From: Adineta steineri | Lineage: Eukaryota | Reading direction: 5' to 3' | Assembly (NCBI GenBank): GCA_905250115.1 | Contig: CAJNOI010000142.1 | Location: forward strand, 217,311-247,750 | Length of the DNA stretch: 30,440 nucleotides | Shown: piece by piece, positions 11,608 to 22,194 of the stretch | How the letters are laid out: each line of letters begins with the position of its first letter | Position numbering within the stretch: the first letter of the stretch is position 1 | Program-made: the position numbers and the translations under genes | Notes under the pieces: model-generated | What the model was told of the DNA's origin: nothing | The model's database searches: none | The model's input: only the letters and a program-made list of their open reading frames with translations

Positions 11608-12305
11608 TTAAATACGGCTAAGATCAAAATCAGCCATTAAACCAAAATGATCAGATGGAAATATCTGTGTCATATCTTGATTTTTTTTATCGAGTGAAAA
11701 AATACTTAATATAGTTTGCGCAAAACTTTTTCGTTTTGGAGCTTGTCCAATAGGTGTCATACCAATCATTCGTATTTTAATTGGAATTGTACGTAAACTT
11801 TGAAACATAATTCGATCTACTCTTGCATTGATATAAGTCCATCCACGATTGTTTGCTCCGTTTAATTTTTCCCATAAATCTGTCCAATTTTTAAGAATAT
11901 TCATTTGTTTAAGATTTTCAGGTCCAACGGCATTCATACTAAAATCTCCCATTAATAATCTTGTTACATTTGGTTGATTGATTGCATATTTATTGAATAC
12001 AGATTGACAAGTTTGTATTTGATGTGATCGAATAGTTTCTTTATCTTGTTTTGATTCTAAATGAACAGTACCTACTAATAATTTTTCTGTTTTCAATTGA
12101 ATTTCCGCAAGTAATAATTGTCTTCCTTGTTCTGTATGAAATGGACATGCTAGAAGTCGTCGTAAATATAATGATTTATCAATTAACATGACTACACCAT
12201 AACTTTCTTGTCCATTTAAAAATGTACTTCCATCAATATCACTAACGAAATAGTGTTGTTGTACCCATGGTTCAGAAATTAATTGTTCCAATATTGATTT
12301 TGTCA
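11608..12305 (-). CDS. TDP2-like endonuclease/exonuclease/phosphatase family protein, 3' exon
   Basis: ORF with EEP motifs GTVHLES, LLMGDFSMN, VDRIMF and FPSDHFGLMADFDL, matching the order and spacing of tyrosyl-DNA phosphodiesterase 2. Confidence 0.85.
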
Positions 12306-12349
12306 CTGAAATATAATATTTTTATTAGAAATCTAAATGTTTTATTTAC

Positions 12350-12600
12350 TTTCTTGTAAACATATAATATCTGCTTTGGAATGTTGTAGAATTGAAGAAA
12401 GACCTTGAAAACGTAATTGTTTATGTTCTTTACTGAACGAAATATTATATGTAATAGCTCGAAGAAATCGTTGTACTTTTGGTTTTATGTGATGATGTGT
12501 TGTTGCTGAATCATCAGCTCTCCATTGATGTTTGCCTGCATCATAATGCCAGATAGGTAAAATTTGAGGATGTTGAGCTAAAATGATATGTAAAAAATCA
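12350..12600 (-). CDS. TDP2-like protein, upstream exon (5' limit uncertain)
   Basis: Minus-strand translation HIILAQHPQILPIWHYDAGKHQWRADDSATTHHHIKPKVQRFLRAITYNISFSKEHKQLRFQGLSSILQHSKADIICLQE. Donor A|GTAAAT and acceptor TTTCAG|TG define a 44-bp intron (12306-12349), giving ...IICLQE-M-TKSILEQ. Confidence 0.75.
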
Positions 12601-13768
12601 ATTCAATTTATTTTAAATATAAATGAAATAATTTATTGACTGAAATTAAATGATTATATTTATATCTAAGGAAAACTAATGTAAGAATATAGTTCATATA
12701 TACCCATAATACCAGATATTGTCAATATAAAATACTAAAGATGCTTATAAAATCTGAAATAATAGTTTGATTATATTCAACTGTTTCTTAAGAATCCAGT
12801 AAAACATTTTACCTATAATGTTATGCACGCGGTGTAATATAAATATTTTATACAATTTTTCAAATGGACAATCAAATAAAATATAATTAAGAATAAGAAT
12901 ATTAATATAAATCATGGTTTTAATAAATTTATTTTTTAAATTACAGTAAAAAAAATATGTGTGTTTGAAAACAGATAAATAATATTTTAATGATACGCAT
13001 TTACTTCTAAACGTGTATATGTTGGTTCTATTTGCTTGTTTTATCAAATGATTTGCTTCGTAATTTTATAATGCGACAAAATATTACCTTTCGTTGTTTT
13101 TCTATCTTTTTTTTTAAAAATAATACGTATTTGATTGATAATAAGTGTAGAAATGAGAGGCAAAAAATGTTTTAGAGTAAAAGAAAAAATACAGTAATGA
13201 TAAATACGAAAAATAAATTACATATAAGAAAAAAAAATATATTAATTTATTATACTACGACTAAAAAGTTTGTGTGTATAACAATTTTTTAAATAAATTA
13301 AAAGCGTAAATGACGGGAGATTTTCGATTTTCACCAATAGAACGAGGTGATATGAAAATATCTTTTTCTTCAATATGAAAGCAAACAGAAATTAAGAATA
13401 TAATTAAAATCGAAATAAAATTTTGGTGACAAATTTTGTTTCATAAGCACAACTAAACCAACAATGATTCATAATTTTAATTTTGTGTATCACAATTGTA
13501 TTAGTATATACATGTAATACTTCTTTTTCATCAAACTTCTGATCACAATTCAACCTTTTAGCAGAAATTCTATACCATCATGTACAGTTGAAAAATATTT
13601 TACGAGCAGTTGTATTGTTTACAGAAGAATTCTACAAGTCTCCTGCTCGAATTGAATATTTCGTAAGTTGAATCTTGTTTAATATATGCATTTCTATATG
13701 CCGTTGTCGTTGACGAATTTTTTTGTAAAGATTTTTTTCTTCCAGTTGTCTTCTGCTTGTTTATATAA

Positions 13769-14395
13769 TCATGTTTGCATATTGTTTAATCCGTTAACAG
13801 ACTCATGAATATCTTTATTCATCAGGTTTATCAGGGTGTGGGTGTGGGTGTAAGTGTGGGTGTGGCTGGGTGTGGGTTTGGGTGTCTCTTCTTTCCAACA
13901 CCCACACCCACCCACACCCTCTTTACATAACTCGAATTCAAGTGGTTGATTTAATCGTTTTAGATCTTGATTAAGTTGATAAACTGTCAGTTCGAGATAT
14001 TTCAAATCATGCTCGACAAAATCACCGGTTTCTTTTAGTTGATTGAGATTTTGACGATATTTCTCAAATTTTGATTTTGTTTCCATTTCTTTTGCGCTCG
14101 CTAGTTTGATAACTTGCTCTCGAACTTGTACAGCGACTTTTTTAACTTTATCAATAATTGTCTTCCCCCAATTGTCAATTTCTGTAAGTAGTAGACTATC
14201 AAAGTTTTTATTCTGAGTTATTGTGTTAATTTTCTCTTGAAGTGTATTGCAATCTTCAATAAATCGATCTAATTCATTATCCATCATTACTCGATGATCA
14301 CCATAATCGTTTTTACAAAAATATTCCTCACATGCAATACAAAAGAAAGACCCTTTTCCTTTCGTACATTTTGAACAGTTCTTTGGTGTGGCCAT
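13769..14395 (-). CDS. B-box zinc-finger / coiled-coil protein (TRIM-like N-terminus), probably truncated or read into a fold-back element
   Basis: MATPKNCSKCTKGKGSFFCIACEEYFCKNDYGDHRVMMDNEL followed by a helical region. The C-terminal residues after ELCKE derive from the GTGTGG element. Confidence 0.65.
   Translation of the reverse strand: MATPKNCSKCTKGKGSFFCIACEEYFCKNDYGDHRVMMDNELDRFIEDCNTLQEKINTITQNKNFDSLLLTEIDNWGKTIIDKVKKVAVQVREQVIKLASAKEMETKSKFEKYRQNLNQLKETGDFVEHDLKYLELTVYQLNQDLKRLNQPLEFELCKEGVGGCGCWKEETPKPTPSHTHTYTHTHTLINLMNKDIHESVNGLNNMQT
13833..13921. repeat. GTGTGG/CCACAC fold-back element overlapping the 3' part of the B-box ORF
   Basis: cagggtgtgggtgtgggtgtaagtgtgggtgtgg...gggtgtctcttctttccaacacccacacccacccacaccctc. 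Confidence 0.9.
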
Positions 14396-15450
14396 TTCGA
14401 TAAGCAATAGTATATAAAATAAGACCTTGATAGATAATATATTTCTGTAATCTTTAATAAGTAGGAATAGATATAATTATAGAATCTAATCTGAGTTCTG
14501 AGGTATATTATTAACAGAGAAGTAGATTTTTAATACTTACTTACAATAAAAAATACTGAAATGAATATGTATATTTACGTTCTCTTTATCAATCGAGCAA
14601 AACAAAAATAGTCACATGTTATTTTTCTTTTTCCTCTCATAATATTCGCAAAAGAATAAAGGTGACTGTCGACAACTTATATTATGAGTATGTGTAGAAC
14701 AAAAAAATTGTTCGTTCGATAGTATCACAATTTTTTCATATGATTCTGAAAGCAACGAATATGTAAATTTTATAGTGTGATTATATTTATATCGACACTG
14801 GTCTACTGGAAGAATTGTACATTAATCAAAAAAGAAAAACAGTGAATTTACGTTATTTTCTCGTTATTCTGCACTTTACATTCATCCAACAACCTGCTAA
14901 TGGTCCGAAAATATGTAGGCGTCTCTATTTTTCTTCTCTTCTTACAAAAACATTGTAATTTCAAATTCTTTCGCAACTTTTAGCAAGATTGCTTAGTTGT
15001 CAGCATTCTACTCTCTCGTTTTCATAGTACAAGATGAAACATGAGGAGTACCAACATTCTTTTGATGCAAAGATTTAAGTATGCCTAGAAACTTCATTAC
15101 AGATCAACCAACATAGTTTTTCAGCTAAATATCAGCAGCCATTCTGTTATTGGATAGTATAAAATACAGCAAAACTTAAAGATGGTCTGTTGCTTTTTTT
15201 GATTTTGTTATTTCAGATTTGTTATGTTCTACATGTATCCTCTCAGAGTTTTTTTCATATTTATGTTACATAGGTGTTATTTAGTTTTGCATACTTTTTT
15301 CTTCATTTAGGCTGACGTGCTATATATCAGTTGTCAGTGCTTTTATTTTTTCAAGAATATATAAACTGTCACTGTATTACAAAGGCTATTGTTTCTATCT
15401 ACAATATACTAACTACAAACACACATCATCTTATATAATAAAAGAACGAC

Positions 15451-16355
15451 TCAACAACATTCGTAAAACACTTTTTTCCATATTGGCCAGGCTCTACGTT
15501 CTGCTCTTTCTTCATCGATCAACTGTTGTACATTGAGTATACGTCTTTCAGTTTCGAGATCGATTGTACTAGGTCGTACAATTGATGTTCTCTTCCATAT
15601 TTTCCATACGATATAGGAAACAATTACAAGTAGAGCAGCAAGATAAGCTTCGAAGAATGATTTCGCACTTGCAGAACCACGAATAGGAGACACAGCTATA
15701 CAGAATTGAGCAATAAGACATAAAATGTTGAGTAAAAGACCAAAACAGCTTCCCACTATACGAAAAGGTGATACAAAAGCAAGTTCATCCAAAGTGTGGC
15801 CTTGTGCTTTCCATGCTAATCGAAACATAATGTGACAAGCGCATATAGAACCCCAAGTGAAAAAGGCCGATAAACCAGAGGGAGCTAGTAACCAATCAAA
15901 TACTTTAGTGCCAACTTTTGCACAGTTGACATACGCAATAAATTCAATAATTATCGACAGAGCAAGAGCGGAAAGTGAACGTCCTTTACGATCGATATAA
16001 GTAAATAGCTTCGGTGCTTGATTGTTTTCAGCAAGTGCACAAAGTGTACGAGACGCTCCATAAACAGAAGAATTGCCAACTGATAGAACAGCACAAAGAA
16101 TCACAGCATTGAATATCGAAGGTAACACTTTGATACCTGCATCTTTAATGGCAATTACAAAAGGAGATGCGGACGCATCATAGCTCGATGATCCAGACAG
16201 AAGGTGTGACGATGTATAAGGCACCAAACAGCCAATCAATATCAATGAGACAACATAGATAATTGTAATTCTCCAAAAGACTTGTTTCGTTGCTCGAGGA
16301 ATCGCCTTTCGTGGATTCTCTGTTTCTGCAGCTGACAATCCGACTAATTCTGTGC
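15451..16355 (-). CDS. Fungal-type amino-acid permease (AA_permease/YAT-like), C-terminal half only
   Basis: GTELVGLSAAETENPRKAIPRATKQVFWRI...SSYDASASPFVIAIKDAGIKVLPSIFNAVIL...LSVGNSSVYGASRTLCALAENNQAPKLFTYIDRKGR is characteristic of fungal general amino-acid permeases. The N-terminal transmembrane half is absent from adjacent sequence. Confidence 0.85.
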
Positions 16356-16365
16356 CTGAAAAAGC

Positions 16366-16444
16366 GGGTGTGGGTGTAATATTTATATCATATTCGCAAC
16401 TACTTTCACATCAAAACCCAAACCCAAACCCACACCCACACCCT
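16366..16444. repeat. Fold-back element immediately upstream of the permease fragment
   Basis: GGGTGTGGGTGTAATATTTATATCATATTCGCAACTACTTTCACATCAAAACCCAAACCCAAACCCACACCCACACCCT. Confidence 0.9.
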
Positions 16445-16494
16445 TCCTATAAAGAGAGAAAATAGTTTGTTTGAAAAAAATTAATTAAACTAAC

Positions 16495-16831
16495 CTTGTA
16501 AAAATCGACTTTGTTTTAAAGCTTTAAAATCTTCATCAGTCATATATTTTCGTTCTTTCATTAAACTTTTGATTAATGTTTGAATATTTACTTGATTTAA
16601 TTCTGTTCTATTATTAGAATTCATTTGCCAATATTTAATAATCGATTGAATATTTAACATTCGACATCCAATTTGTTTAAGAAAATATGTTGAAACAAGA
16701 TTTTCATCGGGATTATTAATATTTCTTTGATTTTCTGTTGTTGTCTTATCTGGTAGAATATTAAGCGTAATAGCAGGTGAATCAGATGTTAACATATGAG
16801 ATGGAATATATGATTCATTTGGTAATTTCAT
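16495..16831 (-). CDS. Unassigned ORF/exon, possibly spliced in frame to the permease fragment
   Basis: 113-aa ORF. Donor CAAG|GTTAGT at 16494; joining to acceptor at 16356 gives ...KQSRFLQ-G-TELVGL in frame. A further compatible-looking ORF lies upstream at 16882..17100 (-). Confidence 0.35.
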
Positions 16832-17189
16832 ACCTTGTATTGTTGGTATACATTTAATATTAGAAAGAATATTTTTAATTTCTAACCATTTTGATTCAGA
16901 AAAATGACTTGAATATTATGATACAAATAATGTCGATTTTCATATAAATAAAATTCTATAAGATCTTTGAATGTACATGGTGCTAAAAATAAATTGTGTT
17001 GAAGTTGGTCTTGTGAAAAATGTCCAGCTATATTAATTGGTAAAACATATAGTGGTAGAGGAAGAATGGATGAGATATTTGATGCATCGTAATAATTCAT
17101 TTGTTTAAAATGAACTGCGAGTAATATTTGCTTATAGATAACTTATGTTCCTTTATTTTAGAATAATATTAACATCCAAACAAATAGCA

Positions 17190-17500
17190 AGAATTTGTTC
17201 AATGAAATAAATATCTTTTTTAAATTTTAGAATACTATCAAAGTTTAAATAAAACGGTAAGAATTTCTTTATCTGAAATACTTTTATTCTATCTTTTAAC
17301 ATTAGATCAATATCAAATTTTGAATGAAACGGTAATAATTTATTTATTTGACATATTTTTTTTAGCTTTAATATTAGGACAATATCAATGTTTGAATGAA
17401 ACGGTAATAAGTTATTTATTTGCAATACTTCTTTTTTAGTTTTAATTTTAGGACAATAGCAATGTTTAAATAAAACGGTAAGAATTTATTTATTTGTGTG
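17190..17500. repeat. Tandem repeat, about 74 bp unit, about 4 copies
   Basis: Recurring caat(a/g)...tttgaatgaaacggtaataatttatttatttg; ACGGTAA at 17254, 17328, 17401 and 17475. Confidence 0.85.
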
Positions 17501-17604
17501 ACGATTTCTGATGGAAGAGAGATATGTGCTGATGGAATTACACCTGTATTTATTTCTTCTTCTCAAAAATTGCATCGTTCTAATACAAAATATGCGTTTA
17601 TATA

Positions 17605-17910
17605 CTTGAGGGTGTGGGTGTGGGTGGGTGTGGGTGGGTGTGGGGTGGGTGTGGGGTGGGTGTGCGTGTAGGTGGGTGTGGGTGTGGGTGTGGGTGTGGG
17701 TGTGGGTGTGGGTTTTGGTGGGTGTGGGTGGGTGTGGGTGGGTGTGCGTGTGGGTGGGTGTGGGTTTGGGTGTGGGTGTGGGTGTGGGTGGGTGTGGGGT
17801 GGGTGTGCGTGTGGGTGGGTGTGGGTGTGGGTTTTGGTGGGTGTGGGTGTTGGTCTTTTCATTTCCATTATACCCACACCCACACCCACACCCACACCCA
17901 CACCCACACC
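17605..17910. repeat. Largest fold-back element, about 250 nt G-rich arm and about 40 nt C-rich arm
   Basis: CTTGAGGGTGTGGGTG ... GTGGGTGTTGGTCTTTTCATTTCCATTATACCCACACCCACACCCACACCCACACCCACACCCT. Confidence 0.9.
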
Positions 17911-17995
17911 CTAATTTTCGTCCCAGATAGTTATGTTTCTATGATGCATCATAAAAATAATGAAGTTCTGATGTGTTATAGAAGATAAACTTGAA

Positions 17996-18271
17996 GGAAA
18001 AAATTCGGTTGATTTTCACCGATTAAATCGAATTTTAATCGATTTATAACAGATTAACAATCGATTTTTAATTGATTAAGAATCGATTTTGAAGCGATTA
18101 TGGAGTGATTAAAAGAAAATATAATCACAATTTCTTTTTTATAATCGATTCTTCATGATTTTAATCATATTTTATTAGAAAAAAATTGATTAAAGGTGTA
18201 TGATTTAAATGGATTTTTAATCATTATTTAATCGATTATAATCTAGTTTTTTCTCTATTTTTTTACATGCG
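17996..18271. mobile_element. Diverged shorter copy of the ACATG-TIR AATCGATTTTCATCG-rich element
   Basis: aaaaaattcggttgattttcaccgattaaatcgaattttaatcgattt... ending ctctatttttttacatgcg, matching the interior and right terminus of 6508-7332. Confidence 0.55.
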
Positions 18272-18529
18272 TAGTTTTGATCATGATATTTCTATTTTTC
18301 AGACAAACAAAAATAACTATACTTTTCAACTTATATTTTCTTCAAAATCTAGTGTACTTTTTTAAGGATCGTTGAGGTTTTGTGCAAATAAAATAATAAA
18401 AATAGTATGTCATACTCTACAACATTCATTTAACTATAAAATATTGACTATCATGATAATTTACTTTTTTTTAGTAGCTCCTCTACAAACCTATATAATA
18501 TTTCTTCAGATAGTTTTATTCATATCATT

Positions 18530-19097
18530 ATGAGTTTCTTACAACAGATGCAGTTCTTTCTTATTTTTGGTTTCTTATTATCTTTTCATCTAAGTATAGA
18601 AGATGAATCGAAGATCAAAATCAGTGCTTTAGGAAATGAATTTATTCCAATTGATACTTCTCAACCTCCTCTACTTACATTTACAACAAAGAATATGCTA
18701 CGTTGTTCTGCTGAATGTAACAAACGTGCTACTTGTCGAACATTTGATTTTGATGCTGATTCTTTACAATGTCGTTTATGGGAAATGGATAACACAACAG
18801 GTTCAATTGTTGCTTCACCATCAAAACCACGATCATCTGTTGGTTCAGTTCAAATCTCTCCTAGTAATTATGTTAACTCTCACAATCAGTCATGCAGTCA
18901 TTGTGATCAAAGTCGTTATGAAATATGTAATGTAAACAGTTCAACTTGTCAATGTCCACCATTTACCTATTGGAATAATGGAATGTGTATGACACAATTA
19001 TTTCAAGGTCAATTGTGTTCAAATGCAGATGCTTGTCGAGCAGATCTTAATCTTTCATGTCAACCAAGTTGTGATTTTACTTATCGATGTTCTGCTT
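18530..19097 (+). CDS. Secreted PAN/Apple-like and cysteine-rich region, exon 1 of an NHL-repeat protein
   Basis: Signal-like MQFFLIFGFLLSFHLS; PAN-like NMLRCSAECNKRATCRTFDFDADSLQCRLWE; Cys-rich CQCPPFTYWNNGMCM. Donor T|GTAAGT. Confidence 0.8.
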
Positions 19098-19155
19098 GTA
19101 AGTCATTTCTAACACATAAGAACAGAAAATTTTAATTCTTTCTTTGTACTTGTAG

Positions 19156-20081
19156 TGCCAGTGGTTGGTATTGGTCAGACAGTTGCTGGCTTTTGCAATG
19201 GTAGTACAGATGGCGGTGCACTTGGTTTAGGAGGCCCTTGGGGTATTTATGTTTCACCATCCGACGAAACTCTCTATGTAGGCGATTACGATGGACTTAG
19301 ATTTCAATCATTTTCACCATTCTCACGTATTGGATCTACAATTCTTGCCAGTGGGTTCAGCTCACCTGAAGATGTGTTTATTGATAGCTCGCATAACATA
19401 TATATGACTGACTGGTCTTTCAATCAAGGTATAATATACGTTCAACAACCGGGAATGAATCTCACTACCATTCCATCGTCAGGTTACTCACCTTCATCCT
19501 GTTCTTTTACAGGATTATGTTCAGTTGAGGGTGTAGCTGTTGATCGATTTGGTAATATTTACGCATCATTAACTCATTGTCATATGATCGTAAAATGGGC
19601 ACCAAATAGTACGACTGGTACACTTGTTGCTGGAAATCCAGGAAATAGTGGCACTGGTAGTAATCAATTATGGTCGCCTCATTTTATACATTTAGATGAA
19701 GATCGATCAGCCTTATACGTCGCTGAGCAAGATAACAATCGTGTTCAGAAATTCATAATAGGTGGTAATGGAACAGGAATAACAGTCGCAGGCGGAAATG
19801 GAGCAGGATCGAATCTTAATCAATTGCATAATCCTTCAGGTGTTTGGGTTACACGCAATGGTCAAACTCTTTATGTTGCTGATAGTAACAATAATCGTGT
19901 AATGAAATGGAATATTGGTGATACACAAGGATCGGTCGTAGCTGGCAGTGCAAGTGGTGTAGCAGGTGGTAACACTACACTTCTGTCACTTCCTGGTGAT
20001 GTAGCACTTGATCCTACTGAAACATATTTATATGTTTCTGACTATTACAATAAGAGAGTGCAACGATTTCTTCTTCAATAA
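19156..20081 (+). CDS. NHL-repeat beta-propeller, exon 2 of the same gene
   Basis: Acceptor TTGTAG|TG joins in frame (CSA-L-PVVGIGQTVAG; 58-bp intron 19098-19155). Repeated LYVAEQDNNRVQKF, LYVADSNNNRVMKW, LYVSDYYNKRVQRF. Confidence 0.9.
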
Positions 20082-20139
20082 TCATTTATTCAATTAATTA
20101 TTCTAGCCATAGCTAAATAAATGTGCTTTACGTAATAAT

Positions 20140-20341
20140 CCATGTTATCCAAACCAGTCGAAAACCGCCGGTTAATTTCGGTTATTTTTAAAGTCGGTGA
20201 GTTAAGAGCGATTATTTCCTTTGTTGTCAGTATTTTACAGGCTAAAAACTGGTGATTAACCGAGGTTAACTGCTCTTAACTCACCGGTTTTAAAAATAAC
20301 CGAAATTAACCGGCGGTTTTCGACCGGTTTGAATGATATGG
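20140..20341. mobile_element. Long-arm fold-back/MITE, about 202 bp with about 75-bp inverted arms
   Basis: CCATGTTATCCAAACCAGTCGAAAACCGCCGGTTAATTTCGGTTATTTTTAAAGTCGGTGAGTTAAGAGC vs reverse complement of the right end CCATATCATTCAAACCGGTCGAAAACCGCCGGTTAATTTCGGTTATTTTTAAAACCGGTGAGTTAAGAGC. Confidence 0.85.
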
Positions 20342-20995
20342 GAAATCTGTGTATGCATTATTTTTCTGTATGTTGTGAACATTTTATGTTTAATAATATA
20401 AAAAATTGACATATATTAAAGAGTGTTGTTGTGAGTAGGATGATTTGTAGAAAAGTTCAATAAATTTCAATTGTTGATGTTGTTCTTGATGGTATATGTC
20501 CGTTTAAATCTGGGAATTAAAATAAAAAACAAGCCATGTAATTGAAATCTTGACAATATAATAGTATTGTACATATAAAACCTTCTTTAATTGACTTAGA
20601 AACAGTGGTATAATTAAGTATGAATGTTAATACTAAATCACTCTCATATCCACTCATCAAGACAATGAGAATATCCGATTCATAAGTATTATAATATTCA
20701 GTGTTTTATCTAGGTTTTATGTTCCGAGGGGGCAACCGTGGTGTTCGGGGGGGGGGGGGGGCAAGCGTAGTTTTCGAAAAAAACTGATGTGTAAAATTTT
20801 TTATAATATAACAAAAAACAAACTTTTATGTATTCAATTCACAGTAAACCCCTTCCCATATTAGAAGCCTCCGGGGACTTCTAATTTGTCTACCGTTTAT
20901 AATTTCTGGAGGGGGCTTCTATTAAATCTCAAAAAATTTTCATAGATCATGATAAGGTAGTCGACTAGAAAAATTTTTAGGGATTTTCAAGATTT

Positions 20996-21119
20996 GGGTG
21001 TGGGTGTGGGTGTGGGTGTAATATTCGCAACTACTCTCACATCAAAACCCACACCCAAACCCAAACCCAAACCCACACCCACACTCACACCCACACCCAC
21101 CCACGCCCACCCACACCCT
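20996..21119. repeat. Fold-back element sharing its spacer with 16366-16444
   Basis: GGGTGTGGGTGTGGGTGTGGGTGTAATATTCGCAACTACTCTCACATCAAAACCCACACCCAAACCC...CCACACCCTT. Confidence 0.9.
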
Positions 21120-22194
21120 TTCCAACGCAACGGCAAATATAGACTGAATATTAGTAAAATTGTAATCAAATTAAACACAATAGTATATTATTGAAGAACT
21201 TTAATTATGGCAATAGGCAAAATGCGGACAATGAAATTTTATTCGCTGAAGATTTGTAAATCTGACGGATTAGAGTCGAGAAATTCTGTTCCATAATAAA
21301 CACAATTAGACTATCTTTTTGTGCATTATTTTAACAGTTATATTGTGTTTCACAATTTTATCCCACAAGAGATTGCGCAAACAGCATTCATCATTTTAAA
21401 TGAAGTGTATAGTATAAACTACCTCATAAAAAGAATTCTTCTATACCCATATGACTCAACATCAAAACGTTGTCCTAATCATCACTATTCAGCATTAATA
21501 AATCTTATTTTTGATGTGTTTTAATTTGTTATTCCTATATAAGAAACAAAGAAAAAGAAAAAATATATTGTCAAATAAATCTAACTGCACTTATATAAGG
21601 TCTCTGTCGAATCTAAATGTTCGGATTTGATGAATTTGAATCAGATTCACATTTATTCTAGAATACAGTCATTTTCAGTTAATCGATAAAAGAACTGTCC
21701 CATCAGTTACAATTTATGTGAACTAAATTAGAGTTCGACTTTTTGTATGCCTAATCATTATTCTATATTAGAACAAATGGTGAATCGAACAATAGATAAG
21801 GGCGATCATATATAAAATTAGATACATCATTTTTAACTAGTTATTAAAATTTGCAATATTGTTCTATCGTTCTTTAGAATACAAAAAAATGTTAATTTGT
21901 TGGGTAAATACAAAGAATAATGTTTCTATATCGAAAATGATTGAGTTCTATGCATTCCTTTTAATTACCATTGAAATTAAACATTTAAAATTGAACAATT
22001 TTCAAATAATAACGTTGAATTGCTCGACAAGTCAATATAAATGTATTATCGTTTGAAAATATCTATTAAATAAATAATAATATCATTGAGTTTTTTTTTC
22101 TCTCGCTTATGTTGACTGACATATATAACAAAATAGGAATTCTAATTCTGCCTACAACATATATATATAGAAATCGGTGAGACGCACGAAAAAA

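Noticed and set aside
12745-13047. 100-aa minus-strand ORF
   Set aside because: AT-rich Ile/Lys/Phe/Tyr composition with no recognisable motif.
17153-17425. 90-aa minus-strand ORF with repeated LLPFHSNFDI peptide
   Set aside because: Generated by the 74-bp tandem repeat.
17563-17988. Overlapping ORFs on both strands (GVGVGVG, HTHPHP, WVWVW)
   Set aside because: All frames are open because the GTGTGG tract lacks stops; no coding evidence.
20987-21194. ORFs 20987..21178 (-) and 20994..21194 (+)
   Set aside because: Both are read-through of the fold-back element.
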